DNA of 64,000 bases from Candidatus Ryanbacteria bacterium CG10_big_fil_rev_8_21_14_0_10_43_42 (GCA_002793915.1 PFEF01000006.1:97368-161367); one strand, 5' to 3'. Positions 40,847 through 51,174 are shown, numbered from the stretch's first letter. Numbers and translations are program-made. The notes: generated by a model from the letters alone, not told the origin.

Positions 40847-41167
40847 ATGAATGAACAAGACATTCAAAAGCTTATAGGCGCGATGAAAGAGGTTTTTCCT
40901 ACCGCCGAGATGGTACAAACCGGCTTTACGGAAGCATCAACAGACTGCCAAACCATGAAAACTGATATCGCGGAAGTACGCGCCGATCTCGGACACCTTA
41001 CCAGTACCGTTGAAGACCTACGCGAACGTGTCGCAGTTATGCCAACCACGCATGATATGGAAGCCATTCTAGAACGAACTTACGGTTTCAATCAGATGAA
41101 AGCCGAACATAAGAGTATTAAACATGCAAGTAAAATAAATATATGCCCACTTGGATTATATTTGTAA
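40847..41167 (+). CDS. Hypothetical coiled-coil protein
   Basis: Heptad pattern; TTGACT...TAGTAT promoter 6 nt before the ATG. Confidence 0.6.
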   Translation: MNEQDIQKLIGAMKEVFPTAEMVQTGFTEASTDCQTMKTDIAEVRADLGHLTSTVEDLRERVAVMPTTHDMEAILERTYGFNQMKAEHKSIKHASKINICPLGLYL

Positions 41168-41478
41168 AAATATTTGATATTATAACGATCCTTCTAGTAT
41201 CTGCATCTGTCGTTTGGCTTTTCGCTACTTATAATGAAGAATTTTCGAGGACCCCATTCTTTTTAGGGATCTTTGTTCTGGCGGCTAGAGGGTTGGTGGT
41301 TGGATCTCTATATTATAGGGATATAAGAAAAACTTGGAACAAAAGTGTTTTCGATGCAATTGCGAGCACTATTCTTATTCTCCGATTCCCTTTCTATTCC
41401 AATGTATATTTCCGGGAGCGAGAGAAAGATTTGAAGAATCGGAGTTCTGTTAAATCAGAAGATTCATACGGGCTATAA
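41143..41478 (+). CDS. Hypothetical membrane protein (3 TM)
   Basis: Three hydrophobic segments; overlaps the upstream ORF by 25 nt. Confidence 0.5.
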   Translation: MPTWIIFVKIFDIITILLVSASVVWLFATYNEEFSRTPFFLGIFVLAARGLVVGSLYYRDIRKTWNKSVFDAIASTILILRFPFYSNVYFREREKDLKNRSSVKSEDSYGL

Positions 41479-41595
41479 TAAACCTCATACTTTTGTATAT
41501 GAAATATGACATCATATCTCTAACTTTCTTCTTAACCAACTTTTAAAATTTGCCGACAAAATGAGTGGTGTAATTTCTAATCGCCCAAAACACTG

Positions 41596-41627
41596 AAAAA
41601 AGAGCCGTGCAATACGGCTCTTTTTTT
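41596..41627. terminator. Bidirectional intrinsic terminator
   Basis: AAAAAAGAGCCGT-gcaat-ACGGCTCTTTTTTT between convergent genes. Confidence 0.8.
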
Positions 41628-41707
41628 CAACAATATCCACACCTGTCTTTGCTCTCACTGCTCAAAAGATGCATTATGGGTGGTTTATGTGAGAAGACAT
41701 GTTTATA

Positions 41708-42445
41708 TTATTTATCTTCCTGTTTCTTTCGGAACGCTTTTACAATTTTCTCGAAATCGCCGGCGATGACATTTTCGATGTCGTGCCAATTTTTCTTGAT
41801 GCGGTGATCGGTTATACGATCCTGCATAAAGTTATAGGTGCGGATTTTTTCAGAACGGTCTCCCGTACCTATTTGGTCTTTGCGGCTTTGCGCCACGTCA
41901 CCAACATTTTTACGCTGTTCCTCCTCGTATACCTTTGCGCGCAATATGCCCATAGCACGTTCACGATTTTGGGTCTGTGACCGCTCCGCTTGAGAACGAA
42001 CTATAATGCCGGTAGGTTTATGTAAAATACGTACCGCTGTTTCCACCTTATTTACATTCTGGCCGCCCGCTCCTCCGGCACGTGAAAAAGTGACCTCAAT
42101 ATCTTCGGGCTTAATATCCATTTCCGCCTGTTCCACTTCGGGGAGTACGGCCACCGATATGGTTGAGGTATGTACGCGTCCCGATTTTTCCGTTTTGGGA
42201 ACGCGTTGTACTCGGTGCACGCCCGATTCATGTTTAAAATCTTCGTATACATTCTCGCCTCGAATAGCGAACACCACTTCTTTGTATCCGCCAAGGTCAT
42301 TGCCGGATTCATCAATTTTAGTAAGTTTCCATCCTTTTTTTTCGGCATGACGCATGTACATCTGCGCTAATTCGTATGCAAAAAGAGCGGCCTCGTTTCC
42401 GCCGGCGCCGGCACGAATTTCCATAATAATAGAGTTGCGTGTCAT
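41708..42445 (-). CDS. prfA: Peptide chain release factor 1, N-terminally shortened
   Basis: [24 protein letters not shown] (PxT), [16 protein letters not shown]; follows rpmE. Confidence 0.92.
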   Translation of the reverse strand: MTRNSIIMEIRAGAGGNEAALFAYELAQMYMRHAEKKGWKLTKIDESGNDLGGYKEVVFAIRGENVYEDFKHESGVHRVQRVPKTEKSGRVHTSTISVAVLPEVEQAEMDIKPEDIEVTFSRAGGAGGQNVNKVETAVRILHKPTGIIVRSQAERSQTQNRERAMGILRAKVYEEEQRKNVGDVAQSRKDQIGTGDRSEKIRTYNFMQDRITDHRIKKNWHDIENVIAGDFEKIVKAFRKKQEDK

Positions 42446-42495
42446 GAGGGGACAGGGGTTAGATGAGTAGAGGCGGATTAATGTCGAGTGAGAAA

Positions 42496-42744
42496 TTATT
42501 TGCGTACTTTGCGCGCAGTCGTTTTCTTTTCTTTTTGTTTTGCGGCTTTTTCCACTTTAGTGCGGAATTTTTCAACGCGGCCCGCCGTGTCTACCAATTT
42601 TTCTTTTCCGGTGTAAAAGGGATGACAATTACTGCAGATTTCAACGCTTGTGGATTCTTTCGTGGAGCCAACGGAAATAACATTTCCGCATACGCAGGAA
42701 ATTTTTGCACCGGCAAAATATGGTGGATGAATATCCTTTTTCAT
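42496..42744 (-). CDS. rpmE: 50S ribosomal protein L31
   Basis: [28 protein letters not shown]. Confidence 0.97.
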   Translation of the reverse strand: MKKDIHPPYFAGAKISCVCGNVISVGSTKESTSVEICSNCHPFYTGKEKLVDTAGRVEKFRTKVEKAAKQKEKKTTARKVRK

Positions 42745-42854
42745 GAGTGCTATAATACACCATATGGCTCATTCATGCAAGTATAATGGTCTATTTGCCT
42801 ATGCAGAGCACAAAACTCTTGCGCGTGGCAATGCTCTATGGTAATGTGTTTCTT

Positions 42855-43661
42855 ATGATATCTCCTATAAGCGAGGAAGAGAAAATAGCCGTAAGTCCTG
42901 AGATTTCCGCCATGTTCAAGGCAGGTATGCATATTGGATATGCAAAAACACGTCGTCATCCAAAAATGCGGCCGTTTATTTATGGCACAAAAAATAATGT
43001 TGAGGTTTTTGATCTGCAAAAAGTTCTTCCCAAATTTGAAGAGGCAAAAAATGTTATGCGTACGCTTGCTATGGAGCGAAAAACGATTCTTTTTGTAGCA
43101 ACTAAAGCTTCGGCAAAAGATTGTATTCGCAAAATGGCGATGGAGCTTGGTATGCCGTATGTGGTGGAGAGGTGGCTGGGAGGAACGCTTACCAACTTTA
43201 AAATTATTCTCGAACGCGTGCAGTATTGGCAGGATTTGGAGCGCCAACAGGCGGAAGGAGAATTTAAAAAGTATACAAAACATGAAGCGCTTAAGCTCTC
43301 TCAACAAATTGAAAAGTTTCGATACATGTTTGGCGGGCTTGAAACAATGTCTCGTCTTCCGCATGCTATGGTTGTGATCGATATAAAAGAAGAGGAGCTT
43401 GCAGTTCGGGAAGCCGAGAAAAAAGGCATCCCCATTTTAGCCCTCTCAAATAGCGATACGGATCCTACGCATATTGCTCATGTTATTCCGGCGAATGATA
43501 ATGCTAAAAGCAGTATAGAGTTTGTATGCGAAGCACTTAAAAAGGCCTATCAGGACGGACTTACGAAACAGATTCCGCTTCCTGAAGTTGTTCCGGCTCC
43601 TATTTCCGCGGAAAAAAATGGCGGAAAAGATGTTAAGCCTAAAATTGACACGGCGGCATAA
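42855..43661 (+). CDS. rpsB: 30S ribosomal protein S2
   Basis: AGMHIG, HPKMRPFI, RWLGGTLTNF, IPANDNA; start moved to 42855. Confidence 0.97.
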   Translation: MISPISEEEKIAVSPEISAMFKAGMHIGYAKTRRHPKMRPFIYGTKNNVEVFDLQKVLPKFEEAKNVMRTLAMERKTILFVATKASAKDCIRKMAMELGMPYVVERWLGGTLTNFKIILERVQYWQDLERQQAEGEFKKYTKHEALKLSQQIEKFRYMFGGLETMSRLPHAMVVIDIKEEELAVREAEKKGIPILALSNSDTDPTHIAHVIPANDNAKSSIEFVCEALKKAYQDGLTKQIPLPEVVPAPISAEKNGGKDVKPKIDTAA

Positions 43662-43698
43662 TAAAAATTATTAAGAGACCTTTTAAGATTATGGTATT

Positions 43699-44148
43699 AT
43701 GGTAGACGTAGCAGTACTTAAAGAACTACGTGATCGCACCGATGCGCCGATTAACCGGTGCAAAGAAGCGCTTGAAAAAGCAGAGGGAGATATTCAAAAA
43801 GCGATTATCCTCTTAAGCGAAGAAGGCGTAAAGGTGGCTGCCAAAAAATCCACCCGCGAAACGGGTACGGGTATTGTGGAAGCATATATACACGGTGCCG
43901 GACGTATTGGCGTTCTTCTTGAAATCCGCAGTGAAACGGATTTCGTCGCACGTAACCCGGCATTCAAGCAGGTGGCGCATGATATTGCTATGCATATTGC
44001 CGCTGCAAATCCCGCAACGACGGAGGAAATGAACGAGCAACCCTTTGTAAAGGATGAATCGAAAACGGTTGGCGATGTGATAAAAGAAACCATTGCCCGT
44101 TTTGGAGAAAATATACAGGTCACGCGATTTACCCGGTTTGACGCCTAA
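43699..44148 (+). CDS. tsf: Elongation factor Ts, short form
   Basis: KELRDRT...CKEAL, ETDFVARN, IAMHIAA, FGENI.V.RF. Confidence 0.95.
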   Translation: MVDVAVLKELRDRTDAPINRCKEALEKAEGDIQKAIILLSEEGVKVAAKKSTRETGTGIVEAYIHGAGRIGVLLEIRSETDFVARNPAFKQVAHDIAMHIAAANPATTEEMNEQPFVKDESKTVGDVIKETIARFGENIQVTRFTRFDA

Positions 44149-44211
44149 TGCGTTACCCTCGCTTTAGAGTATGTTTGATATCATAATCCGCTCTAGAGAT
44201 ATGATCTTCAT

Positions 44212-44676
44212 ATGATTATTCCGGCTTCTATTATTTTTGGCGTAAGTTTAGTGGGTATCATTGCTCTTTTGGTGCGGCGTATACGAAGTGCGTCATATAT
44301 GAGCGATACCCAATTGCGGTACCTTCTCTTAAAAGAACCGCCTCTTTTTTTGCAAATGGTATATATGGTGCGGCATGGTATTCAGATATTCTGGTATCGT
44401 TATTGTCGCGATATATTATTTGCATTTATTATGAGGCAAATTTCGCGCGTGCGGATTTTTGTCTTGCATATTGAACATAATCTTTTTCGTATGGGCCATA
44501 CAATACGGGAACGTAGTATTAGGCGAAAGCCTTCGGTTTATTGGCGCGATTTGCATGGGTGGCATAAAGCGGCGCGATGGAGTAAAAGAAAAAAGAATGT
44601 TATGAGTGAAAAACGAATTGAGGTGCGTGAATATACGCCGGATGATTTTGCTCCGGTTGAAATAAGCCGTAAATAA
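44212..44676 (+). CDS. Hypothetical membrane-anchored basic protein
   Basis: N-terminal TM; fills the tsf to tRNA-Thr gap on the same strand. Confidence 0.6.
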   Translation: MIIPASIIFGVSLVGIIALLVRRIRSASYMSDTQLRYLLLKEPPLFLQMVYMVRHGIQIFWYRYCRDILFAFIMRQISRVRIFVLHIEHNLFRMGHTIRERSIRRKPSVYWRDLHGWHKAARWSKRKKNVMSEKRIEVREYTPDDFAPVEISRK

Positions 44677-44748
44677 GCCACCTTAGCTCAGTGGCAGAGC
44701 AACACTTTTGTAAAGTGAAGGTCCTCGGTTCGAATCCGAGAGGTGGCT
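44677..44748 (+). tRNA. tRNA-Thr(TGT), CCA not encoded
   Basis: GCCACCT/AGGTGGC acceptor, CACT-TTTGTAA-AGTG anticodon arm, CTCGG-TTCGAAT-CCGAG. Confidence 0.96.
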
Positions 44749-44773
44749 CTATTTTATAGAAAAAGATAAGGAA

Positions 44774-44856
44774 GATTCCAAGGCGTTGGACGCGCGAAGC
44801 GCGTGATGGCTTGAAACTGTCGTGTACGCTCCACGCGCTTCGCATGCGCTATGGTC
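44774..44856. repeat. GC-rich palindromic element downstream of tRNA-Thr
   Basis: GCGAAGCGCGTG / CACGCGCTTCGC 12-bp inverted repeat. Confidence 0.55.
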
Positions 44857-45044
44857 ATCATTACGAATTTTTAATAAAGTAAGTTTGAGTAAAGTCATAA
44901 AGAAACGACGCTCATGAAAAATTACGCTAAGAAACAAACACATAAAGGGAAAACGGCATACCGGACACCATCCGTTTTTCGATATAAAAAAACGGTGGAA
45001 TATGGTAAGCTGAAAAAGGCAAAAAATGTAAATCGACCGCATTC

Positions 45045-46448
45045 ATGATGTCTTCTCTTAAATTTGCCTATGCAAGGAAAGATGCCCCTTTACCAAAGGG
45101 GGTTGTTTGTGTGCGCATTACCGAAAAGAAAGAAAATATATTAGTACGATCCCCGGATACGCATGACGTTCTTGAAATCGGCATAGGGAAGGAAGGTGTT
45201 ATAACGAGGCGACGCCTTGTTCTTGCGGCACGGAGAATTATTATATTTGCAAAATCTCAGGCTATTTCTCGTATCGCCATTTCCTTTTCAGATTTTTTAT
45301 TTCCGCAGGTGACTATATCAAAAGAAGAGATTGCGGAACTTATTGCTGTTAATATGGAGATGGCAAATTTTGATTTTGTGGATTATAAAACGAAACCGAA
45401 AAACGGATGGCCGTGGGTTTTGAGTGTGGTGGTTATGGGTGATATTTCTAAAAGTGTCCGGGCGGCGTTTGTTAAAGGAAGTATTATAGGAGAAGAAGTT
45501 AATGCGTGCCGGCACCTCGCGAATATTCCCGGTGGAGAAATGACACCGAAACGTCTTGCGGAGGAAGCAAAAAAAGCCGCAAAGGGTACACCAATACGCG
45601 TAACCGTTTTTGATGAAAAAGAGATAGCGCAAAAAAAGATGGGAGGCATAATAGGGGTTTCCCGCGGTTCGGGTGAAGTACCGCGGTTTATCATCATGGA
45701 GTATGCGCCACCCAACGCAAAAGGAAATCCTATTGTGTATATCGGTAAGGGCGTTACATTTGATACGGGAGGACTTAATTTAAAACCCGCCGATGGCATG
45801 TATGAGATGCATATGGATATGTCGGGAGGGGCGGCTGTTATGCATGCCGTCGTAGCGGCGGCAAAACTGAAATTAAAGCGCCATGTTATCGCCCTTATTC
45901 CTGCGGTGGAAAATATGCCGTCCGGGTCAGGGTATCGTCCGGGAGACGTACTTATATCACTTTCAGGCCGCACTATTGAGGTTCTCAATACGGATGCCGA
46001 AGGGCGTATTATTTTGGCGGACGCCATAACATATGCAAAAAAATATAACCCTTCTCTTATGGTAGATGTAGCCACGCTTACCGGAGCTTCTATGGTGGCG
46101 CTTGGTATGCGGTGCAGTGCTTTATTTACGACAGATGCGCAAACTGAAAACATGATCCGCAAAGCGGGAGAAGAGTCGGGAGATTATGTGTGGCCGCTTC
46201 CGTTATGGGATGAGTATGATGAAGATATTGCCGGCACGTTCGGGGATATTGCGAATACCGGAAAAAATAAGTATGGAGGCGCTATAACGGCTGCTAAGTT
46301 TTTACATGCATTTGCAAAAGATGTCGATTCTCCGTGGGCTCATATTGATATAGCTCCCCGCATGACATCCATTGAAGGGGATTACCTGGCTAAGGGAGCC
46401 GCCGGTGCGCCGGTGCGGTTATTGGTTAAATTACTCGAAACGTATTAG
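45045..46448 (+). CDS. pepA: Leucyl aminopeptidase (M17)
   Basis: GKGVTFDTGG, DMSGGA, NTDAEGRIILAD, ATLTGA, AHIDIA. Confidence 0.96.
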   Translation: MMSSLKFAYARKDAPLPKGVVCVRITEKKENILVRSPDTHDVLEIGIGKEGVITRRRLVLAARRIIIFAKSQAISRIAISFSDFLFPQVTISKEEIAELIAVNMEMANFDFVDYKTKPKNGWPWVLSVVVMGDISKSVRAAFVKGSIIGEEVNACRHLANIPGGEMTPKRLAEEAKKAAKGTPIRVTVFDEKEIAQKKMGGIIGVSRGSGEVPRFIIMEYAPPNAKGNPIVYIGKGVTFDTGGLNLKPADGMYEMHMDMSGGAAVMHAVVAAAKLKLKRHVIALIPAVENMPSGSGYRPGDVLISLSGRTIEVLNTDAEGRIILADAITYAKKYNPSLMVDVATLTGASMVALGMRCSALFTTDAQTENMIRKAGEESGDYVWPLPLWDEYDEDIAGTFGDIANTGKNKYGGAITAAKFLHAFAKDVDSPWAHIDIAPRMTSIEGDYLAKGAAGAPVRLLVKLLETY

Positions 46449-46488
46449 TATTGAAGTATAGTCGAATATAATAAACCAAGTCGGTACT

Positions 46489-46962
46489 ATGAAATTAGTC
46501 AGTAGTGCATTTGAAGACACAACACCTATTCCGCCGGAATATACATGCGACGGGAACAATATAAATCCGCCGCTCTCTATCCAAACCGCACCGCCGGGAA
46601 CAAAGAGTTTTACACTTATCATGAGTGACCCCGATGCTCCGGGAGAAATATGGATTCACTGGACAATGTGGAATATTCCGCCGGATACATCCGAAATAGC
46701 GGCGGGTATTTCTCCAAAAAATGCTTCAATTCCCGGCACGTCCAATATAGCGCGTCATGCCGTTGAGGGGACGACAAGTTTTAATACAAAAGGATACGGC
46801 GGTCCGTGTCCGCCGAGCGGGACTCACCGGTATATATTCCGCCTGTATGCACTCGATATTCCTCTTAATATTCCTCTTACGTCGCGTGTTTTTCAAATAG
46901 AGGAGGCAATGAGGGGGCACGTATTGGGAGATGCTTCTCTTATGGGTACTTATTCCAAGTAA
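46489..46962 (+). CDS. YbhB/YbcL (PEBP) family protein
   Basis: YTCDG, DPDAP, WIHW, YGGPCPPSGTHRY.F.LYALD. Confidence 0.94.
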   Translation: MKLVSSAFEDTTPIPPEYTCDGNNINPPLSIQTAPPGTKSFTLIMSDPDAPGEIWIHWTMWNIPPDTSEIAAGISPKNASIPGTSNIARHAVEGTTSFNTKGYGGPCPPSGTHRYIFRLYALDIPLNIPLTSRVFQIEEAMRGHVLGDASLMGTYSK

Positions 46963-46990
46963 GAACAATCTTACCCATTAACAAACATGT

Positions 46991-47788
46991 ATGTTTGAAG
47001 CCATTATACTAGGAACCATACAAGGCGTAACGGAATGGCTTCCAATTAGTTCGGAGGGCATTACAACACTTGTGTACACGGCTCTTACGAAAAATACCGT
47101 ACCTCTTGAGGAAATTATTCGCCTTTCTTTGTTTTTACATGGCGGCACTTTTTTGGCCGCCTTGGTATATTTTTGGAAAGATGTGCGAGACATTATACTG
47201 GCTCTTTTCTGGCGGGAGAAAACGGAGGAAATACATCACCTTGTCCGATTTCTTATTATCGCAACGGGTGTTTCGGGTAGCGTGGGATTGATATTATTTT
47301 CCGGCATTAAAATAGCAAGTGACTGGTTACAGGTGGGCGGGAGTGGTATTACGGGACTTATTGGTATGTTTCTTATTATAACGGGCGTACTTCAGCTTAC
47401 TCAAAAAAAGGAACATAGTAACATACGAGAAACAAGGGACTTGACCATGAAGGATGCTTTAGTGTTGGGTGTTGTGCAGGGATGCGCTGTTCTGCCCGGT
47501 CTTTCCCGTTCCGGTATTACAGTAGCGGCGCTTTTATTTCGATCATACGCCACAGCATCCGCCTTGCGCGTAAGTTTTTTAATGAGTTTACCGATAGTAT
47601 TGGGAGGAAATATTCTTTTAAATAGTAAAGAATTTGCCATTACACCGCCTCTTATGGCAGGTTTTTTTGTTTCGTTTTTCTTTGGATTCCTCACTATTAA
47701 CGGCCTTCTTAAGCTTGCTCAAAAAATAAACTTCGGTTATTTTGCGCTTGGATTTGGCGTACTTGCGTTACTGGCGGCATTTATATAA
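46991..47788 (+). CDS. uppP: Undecaprenyl-diphosphate phosphatase
   Basis: GTIQGVTEWLPISS, LPGLSRSG, SFLMSLP; multiple TM helices. Confidence 0.93.
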   Translation: MFEAIILGTIQGVTEWLPISSEGITTLVYTALTKNTVPLEEIIRLSLFLHGGTFLAALVYFWKDVRDIILALFWREKTEEIHHLVRFLIIATGVSGSVGLILFSGIKIASDWLQVGGSGITGLIGMFLIITGVLQLTQKKEHSNIRETRDLTMKDALVLGVVQGCAVLPGLSRSGITVAALLFRSYATASALRVSFLMSLPIVLGGNILLNSKEFAITPPLMAGFFVSFFFGFLTINGLLKLAQKINFGYFALGFGVLALLAAFI

Positions 47789-47821
47789 AAACACCTCCGG
47801 AGAGGTGTAAACAAGACGATA

Positions 47822-48163
47822 TTACGACATTCTTTTTTCGCGGGCGTGTATAAGTGTTTTGCGCAATGATTCAGTTTGAAGCCCGAATGTCTCACAGAGA
47901 CTCTCGAACGCAAAAGGCCACTCACGTTCTTTCGAGAGTATCCACCGCTCTTCTTCCCAAAAATCAGTCTCACCATTCGGAAGAACAAAATTCTCTATTC
48001 CGTCGGTAAACACCAACCATTTAAACACCAACTCATTGGTCATGAATCCCGATAATTTTTTGTCAGATAAGAGACTTTCAAAACATGGGAAAAATGGAAA
48101 TGAAGTGAGGGGTTCCATCGCTGTGGGGGAGTTGGTAAAGATGGACTCTTTTTGGCATGGCAT
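47822..48163 (-). CDS. Hypothetical protein
   Basis: EEERWILS..REWPFAFESLCETFGL...LR motif; GGGAGGT SD upstream. Confidence 0.65.
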   Translation of the reverse strand: MPCQKESIFTNSPTAMEPLTSFPFFPCFESLLSDKKLSGFMTNELVFKWLVFTDGIENFVLPNGETDFWEEERWILSKEREWPFAFESLCETFGLQTESLRKTLIHAREKRMS

Positions 48164-48207
48164 TCTACACCTCCCAAGGATTTCTTTTTTTATAATACAT
48201 CATTAAT

Positions 48208-49914
48208 TTAATTTGTCAATTCATATATGCGAAATGCTTCATTTCCGCGTTTGTTAGCGATGATGCGCGTCGGCATAATGCCGGACGCATGCAATTGATT
48301 CTCAAAATTTCTGCCGACAGGCGTGAGGAATTTTTGCGTTTTAAGGGGTATGCCTTCTGCCGGTATGATAATAATTGTTTTTGTAACACCAACACGGTCA
48401 AATAAATCAGGACCCTGCTCACTAAGAAAACTAAGATACTGGTCAATGGGAATTACAGGCCATGCATGATAAATCTGCAATCTATCTAGTATCCATAACT
48501 GTCCCATACTTTGGATGTTTCGGTCGTATAATATAAGAAGCGGATAAGGTTCTTTCCCTGCGCGTTCCGCTTCAGTAAGAGATTTTTTATGAATTTCGCT
48601 GATGAATGCATACTGTGATTCAAAGGCGAATGCCGGCATGCGCCCGTCCAGTTCTTTTGTGATATACGCATTAAGTTCATTGTATCCCCAGGCATAGTTA
48701 TCGAATCTGCTTTGCGAGAATGTCCATAATTTAGCACCGTAGGGATATGATATTAATTGAGTATTTACTGAATATAGAAATTCAATCAATAAAAACACAC
48801 TAATAATTCCCACACGCATTCCTATGCGGAAGTTAGACTTTCGTATTGCTGTCGAAAGAAAGTAAGCTATGCCAAGCGCCATGAATGGCGTAAGAAATGA
48901 TATGAAGCGAAGGGAGGGGCCGATAAGCCCAATAATTAAAAGGAGAATCCATCCAAATGAAAGAAGTAAAAGGGTATGTTTACGGAGAATTTCTACACAA
49001 TTCTTTTTACATGTAAAAAGAAATCCCATAATACTTACCGCAAACATAGAGAGAAAAATCCAGGAATTAAAACCGATAGTATTAGGAACAAATGACGCAA
49101 GGCGCGCATTTATGGTTGGAAATTGTTCTTTGCCCGGTGCGATCTGCCATACAGCCGGATGTTGTCCAAATATATATGAGAGCTGAAAGTCAAAATGACC
49201 GACGGTCTTCCATAAATGGTAATTGTATAAAAGTACGGGACTAAAAATTATAGTTCCGATTCCGGCACCGATCCATAATTGCCGCGACCATAAATAATCC
49301 CGATGAAACAAAAGGAGATAACTTCCAAATATAGGTATTAGCACAAAAAGCGTATATTTTGTAAGAAAAGCTAATCCAAGAATCGCTCCTAAGACGGTAA
49401 GATATGATTTATTTTCGCGCGCACGAATAAAGACATAGTACGAAAGCAGAAGAAAAAACATAACGTATGCTTCCTGTAAGCCAAGACGGGATATGGTAAC
49501 GGGATTTACCGTAACGGCAAATATGCCGGCCGCAAGAAGACCTGCATCATCATCGTATAGGCGTCGCCCGATAAGATACAGAATGTATACCGATGCTATG
49601 CCCAGAAGAGCAGACGGAAACCGAAACGCAAAATTACGCTCGCCAAACACGGTTATAAATGCATGCTGTACCCAAAATACGAGCGGCGGATGATCATGGA
49701 AAGAAAGCTTTGTCCAGGAAGGTATATCCGGATCAAACCATTCAAGCGGCGTTGTTTGGTCGCCCGCTTCGTCAAAATCCAGAAGCCCCACTGACCGGAA
49801 TGCGTATCCGACTTCATCCGTAAGAGGGTCTCCGGAACTTATGGCGGTAAGGCGTAAAAATGCCGCCAAAAGAAGAATACTTATAAGAATAAGGGTGTGA
49901 TATTTTTTTAGCAT
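48208..49914 (-). CDS. ArnT/PMT-like GT-C glycosyltransferase
   Basis: DE loop motif, DHPPL, RFPSALLG, LAFLTKY, many TMs; start set at ATG 49914. Confidence 0.88.
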   Translation of the reverse strand: MLKKYHTLILISILLLAAFLRLTAISSGDPLTDEVGYAFRSVGLLDFDEAGDQTTPLEWFDPDIPSWTKLSFHDHPPLVFWVQHAFITVFGERNFAFRFPSALLGIASVYILYLIGRRLYDDDAGLLAAGIFAVTVNPVTISRLGLQEAYVMFFLLLSYYVFIRARENKSYLTVLGAILGLAFLTKYTLFVLIPIFGSYLLLFHRDYLWSRQLWIGAGIGTIIFSPVLLYNYHLWKTVGHFDFQLSYIFGQHPAVWQIAPGKEQFPTINARLASFVPNTIGFNSWIFLSMFAVSIMGFLFTCKKNCVEILRKHTLLLLSFGWILLLIIGLIGPSLRFISFLTPFMALGIAYFLSTAIRKSNFRIGMRVGIISVFLLIEFLYSVNTQLISYPYGAKLWTFSQSRFDNYAWGYNELNAYITKELDGRMPAFAFESQYAFISEIHKKSLTEAERAGKEPYPLLILYDRNIQSMGQLWILDRLQIYHAWPVIPIDQYLSFLSEQGPDLFDRVGVTKTIIIIPAEGIPLKTQKFLTPVGRNFENQLHASGIMPTRIIANKRGNEAFRIYELTN

Positions 49915-49956
49915 GATATATATGGTCAACGATAACATGTATGGTAAAGTAATCAC

Positions 49957-51174
49957 ATGACACCTGATACCATGCGCCGCATTGATTATTGGGTGGGGAT
50001 CCCGCTCTGTTTTCTGGTAACGATATGGTATCGTGTCCTTCGGTTTTTGGGGTTAAAAAATCCGCAGTATGACAATAATCCTAAGCGCATACTGTTCATA
50101 GAATTAGCGGAAATGGGAAGTACGATTATCGCATATCCGGCAATGCGAAAGGCGCAGGAGTTGTACCCCGATGCAACATTTTATTTTCTTCTATTTAAGC
50201 AGAATAAAGCTACGATGCAGGTACTGGATGTGGTAGACGCGGAACATACGCTCATAATAGATGCTTCCGATATAATTTCTTTTATACGCGACACGCTTCG
50301 TATTCTTATTATTTGCCGTAAACGGAAGATCGACACGGTTATTAATCTTGAAATGTTTGTCCGCTACAGTACCCTTCTTTCATATTTTTCGGGGGCGCGG
50401 AAGCGAGTTGGATTTTTCCGGTATTTTAATGAAGGGATGTATATCGGGAATTTTTTAACACATAAAGTGCCGTATAATAATCACATTCATACAGCACATT
50501 CGTACATAGCGCTTGTACGTGCACTTACAGAATCGTCGAGCGATATTCCTTTAAGTAAATTTTCCATAGCGGAGGATGATATTTCTTTACCGGTACGACA
50601 CCCCGATACAAAAGCAAAGGATCGCGTATGGGAAATTTTAATGGGGATTAATCCGCGTGTTAGTAAAACTGACCGACTTATTGTCATCAATCCAAATGCA
50701 AGTAAGTTGGTGAAAATGAGAAAGTGGCCGCTTGAGAATTATGCGGCATTGGCAAAAAAATTATCGGCGGAAAATGGTGTGTTTATTGTTATAACCGGCG
50801 TGGAGGAAGAACGGGAAGAAGCGGAATATATTGCAAAAGCTGTGGGGGTGGAGCGCGCCATAAATGTTGCCGGTAAAACATCTCTCACCGAACTCATCGA
50901 TCTTTTTTCGCTATCACACGCACTTATTACAAATGACTCCGGTCCGGCGCATTTTGCATCTCTTACCGACACTCCTTTATTTGTCTTTTTTGGTCCGGAA
51001 ACGCCTGCTCTCTATAGGCCACTTTCTCAAAACTGTACCGTGCTATATTCACGGTTTGCTTGTAGTCCCTGCGTATCGGTGCAAAATCAGCGTCGGACAC
51101 CGTGCACACTTAATGCATGTCTTCAAAGTATTGAAGTAGAGGGGGTATTTCGGAAAGTATTGGAGGGAATATAG
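49957..51174 (+). CDS. Glycosyltransferase family 9 (heptosyltransferase-like)
   Basis: RILFIEL..MG, RKWPLENY, AGKTSL, ITNDSGPAHFA, FFGPETP. Confidence 0.92.
   Translation: MTPDTMRRIDYWVGIPLCFLVTIWYRVLRFLGLKNPQYDNNPKRILFIELAEMGSTIIAYPAMRKAQELYPDATFYFLLFKQNKATMQVLDVVDAEHTLIIDASDIISFIRDTLRILIICRKRKIDTVINLEMFVRYSTLLSYFSGARKRVGFFRYFNEGMYIGNFLTHKVPYNNHIHTAHSYIALVRALTESSSDIPLSKFSIAEDDISLPVRHPDTKAKDRVWEILMGINPRVSKTDRLIVINPNASKLVKMRKWPLENYAALAKKLSAENGVFIVITGVEEEREEAEYIAKAVGVERAINVAGKTSLTELIDLFSLSHALITNDSGPAHFASLTDTPLFVFFGPETPALYRPLSQNCTVLYSRFACSPCVSVQNQRRTPCTLNACLQSIEVEGVFRKVLEGI

Noticed and set aside
42446-42495. Programmed frameshift restoring the RF1 N-terminus
   Set aside because: Only 50 nt separate prfA from rpmE and there is no prfB-type slippery site.
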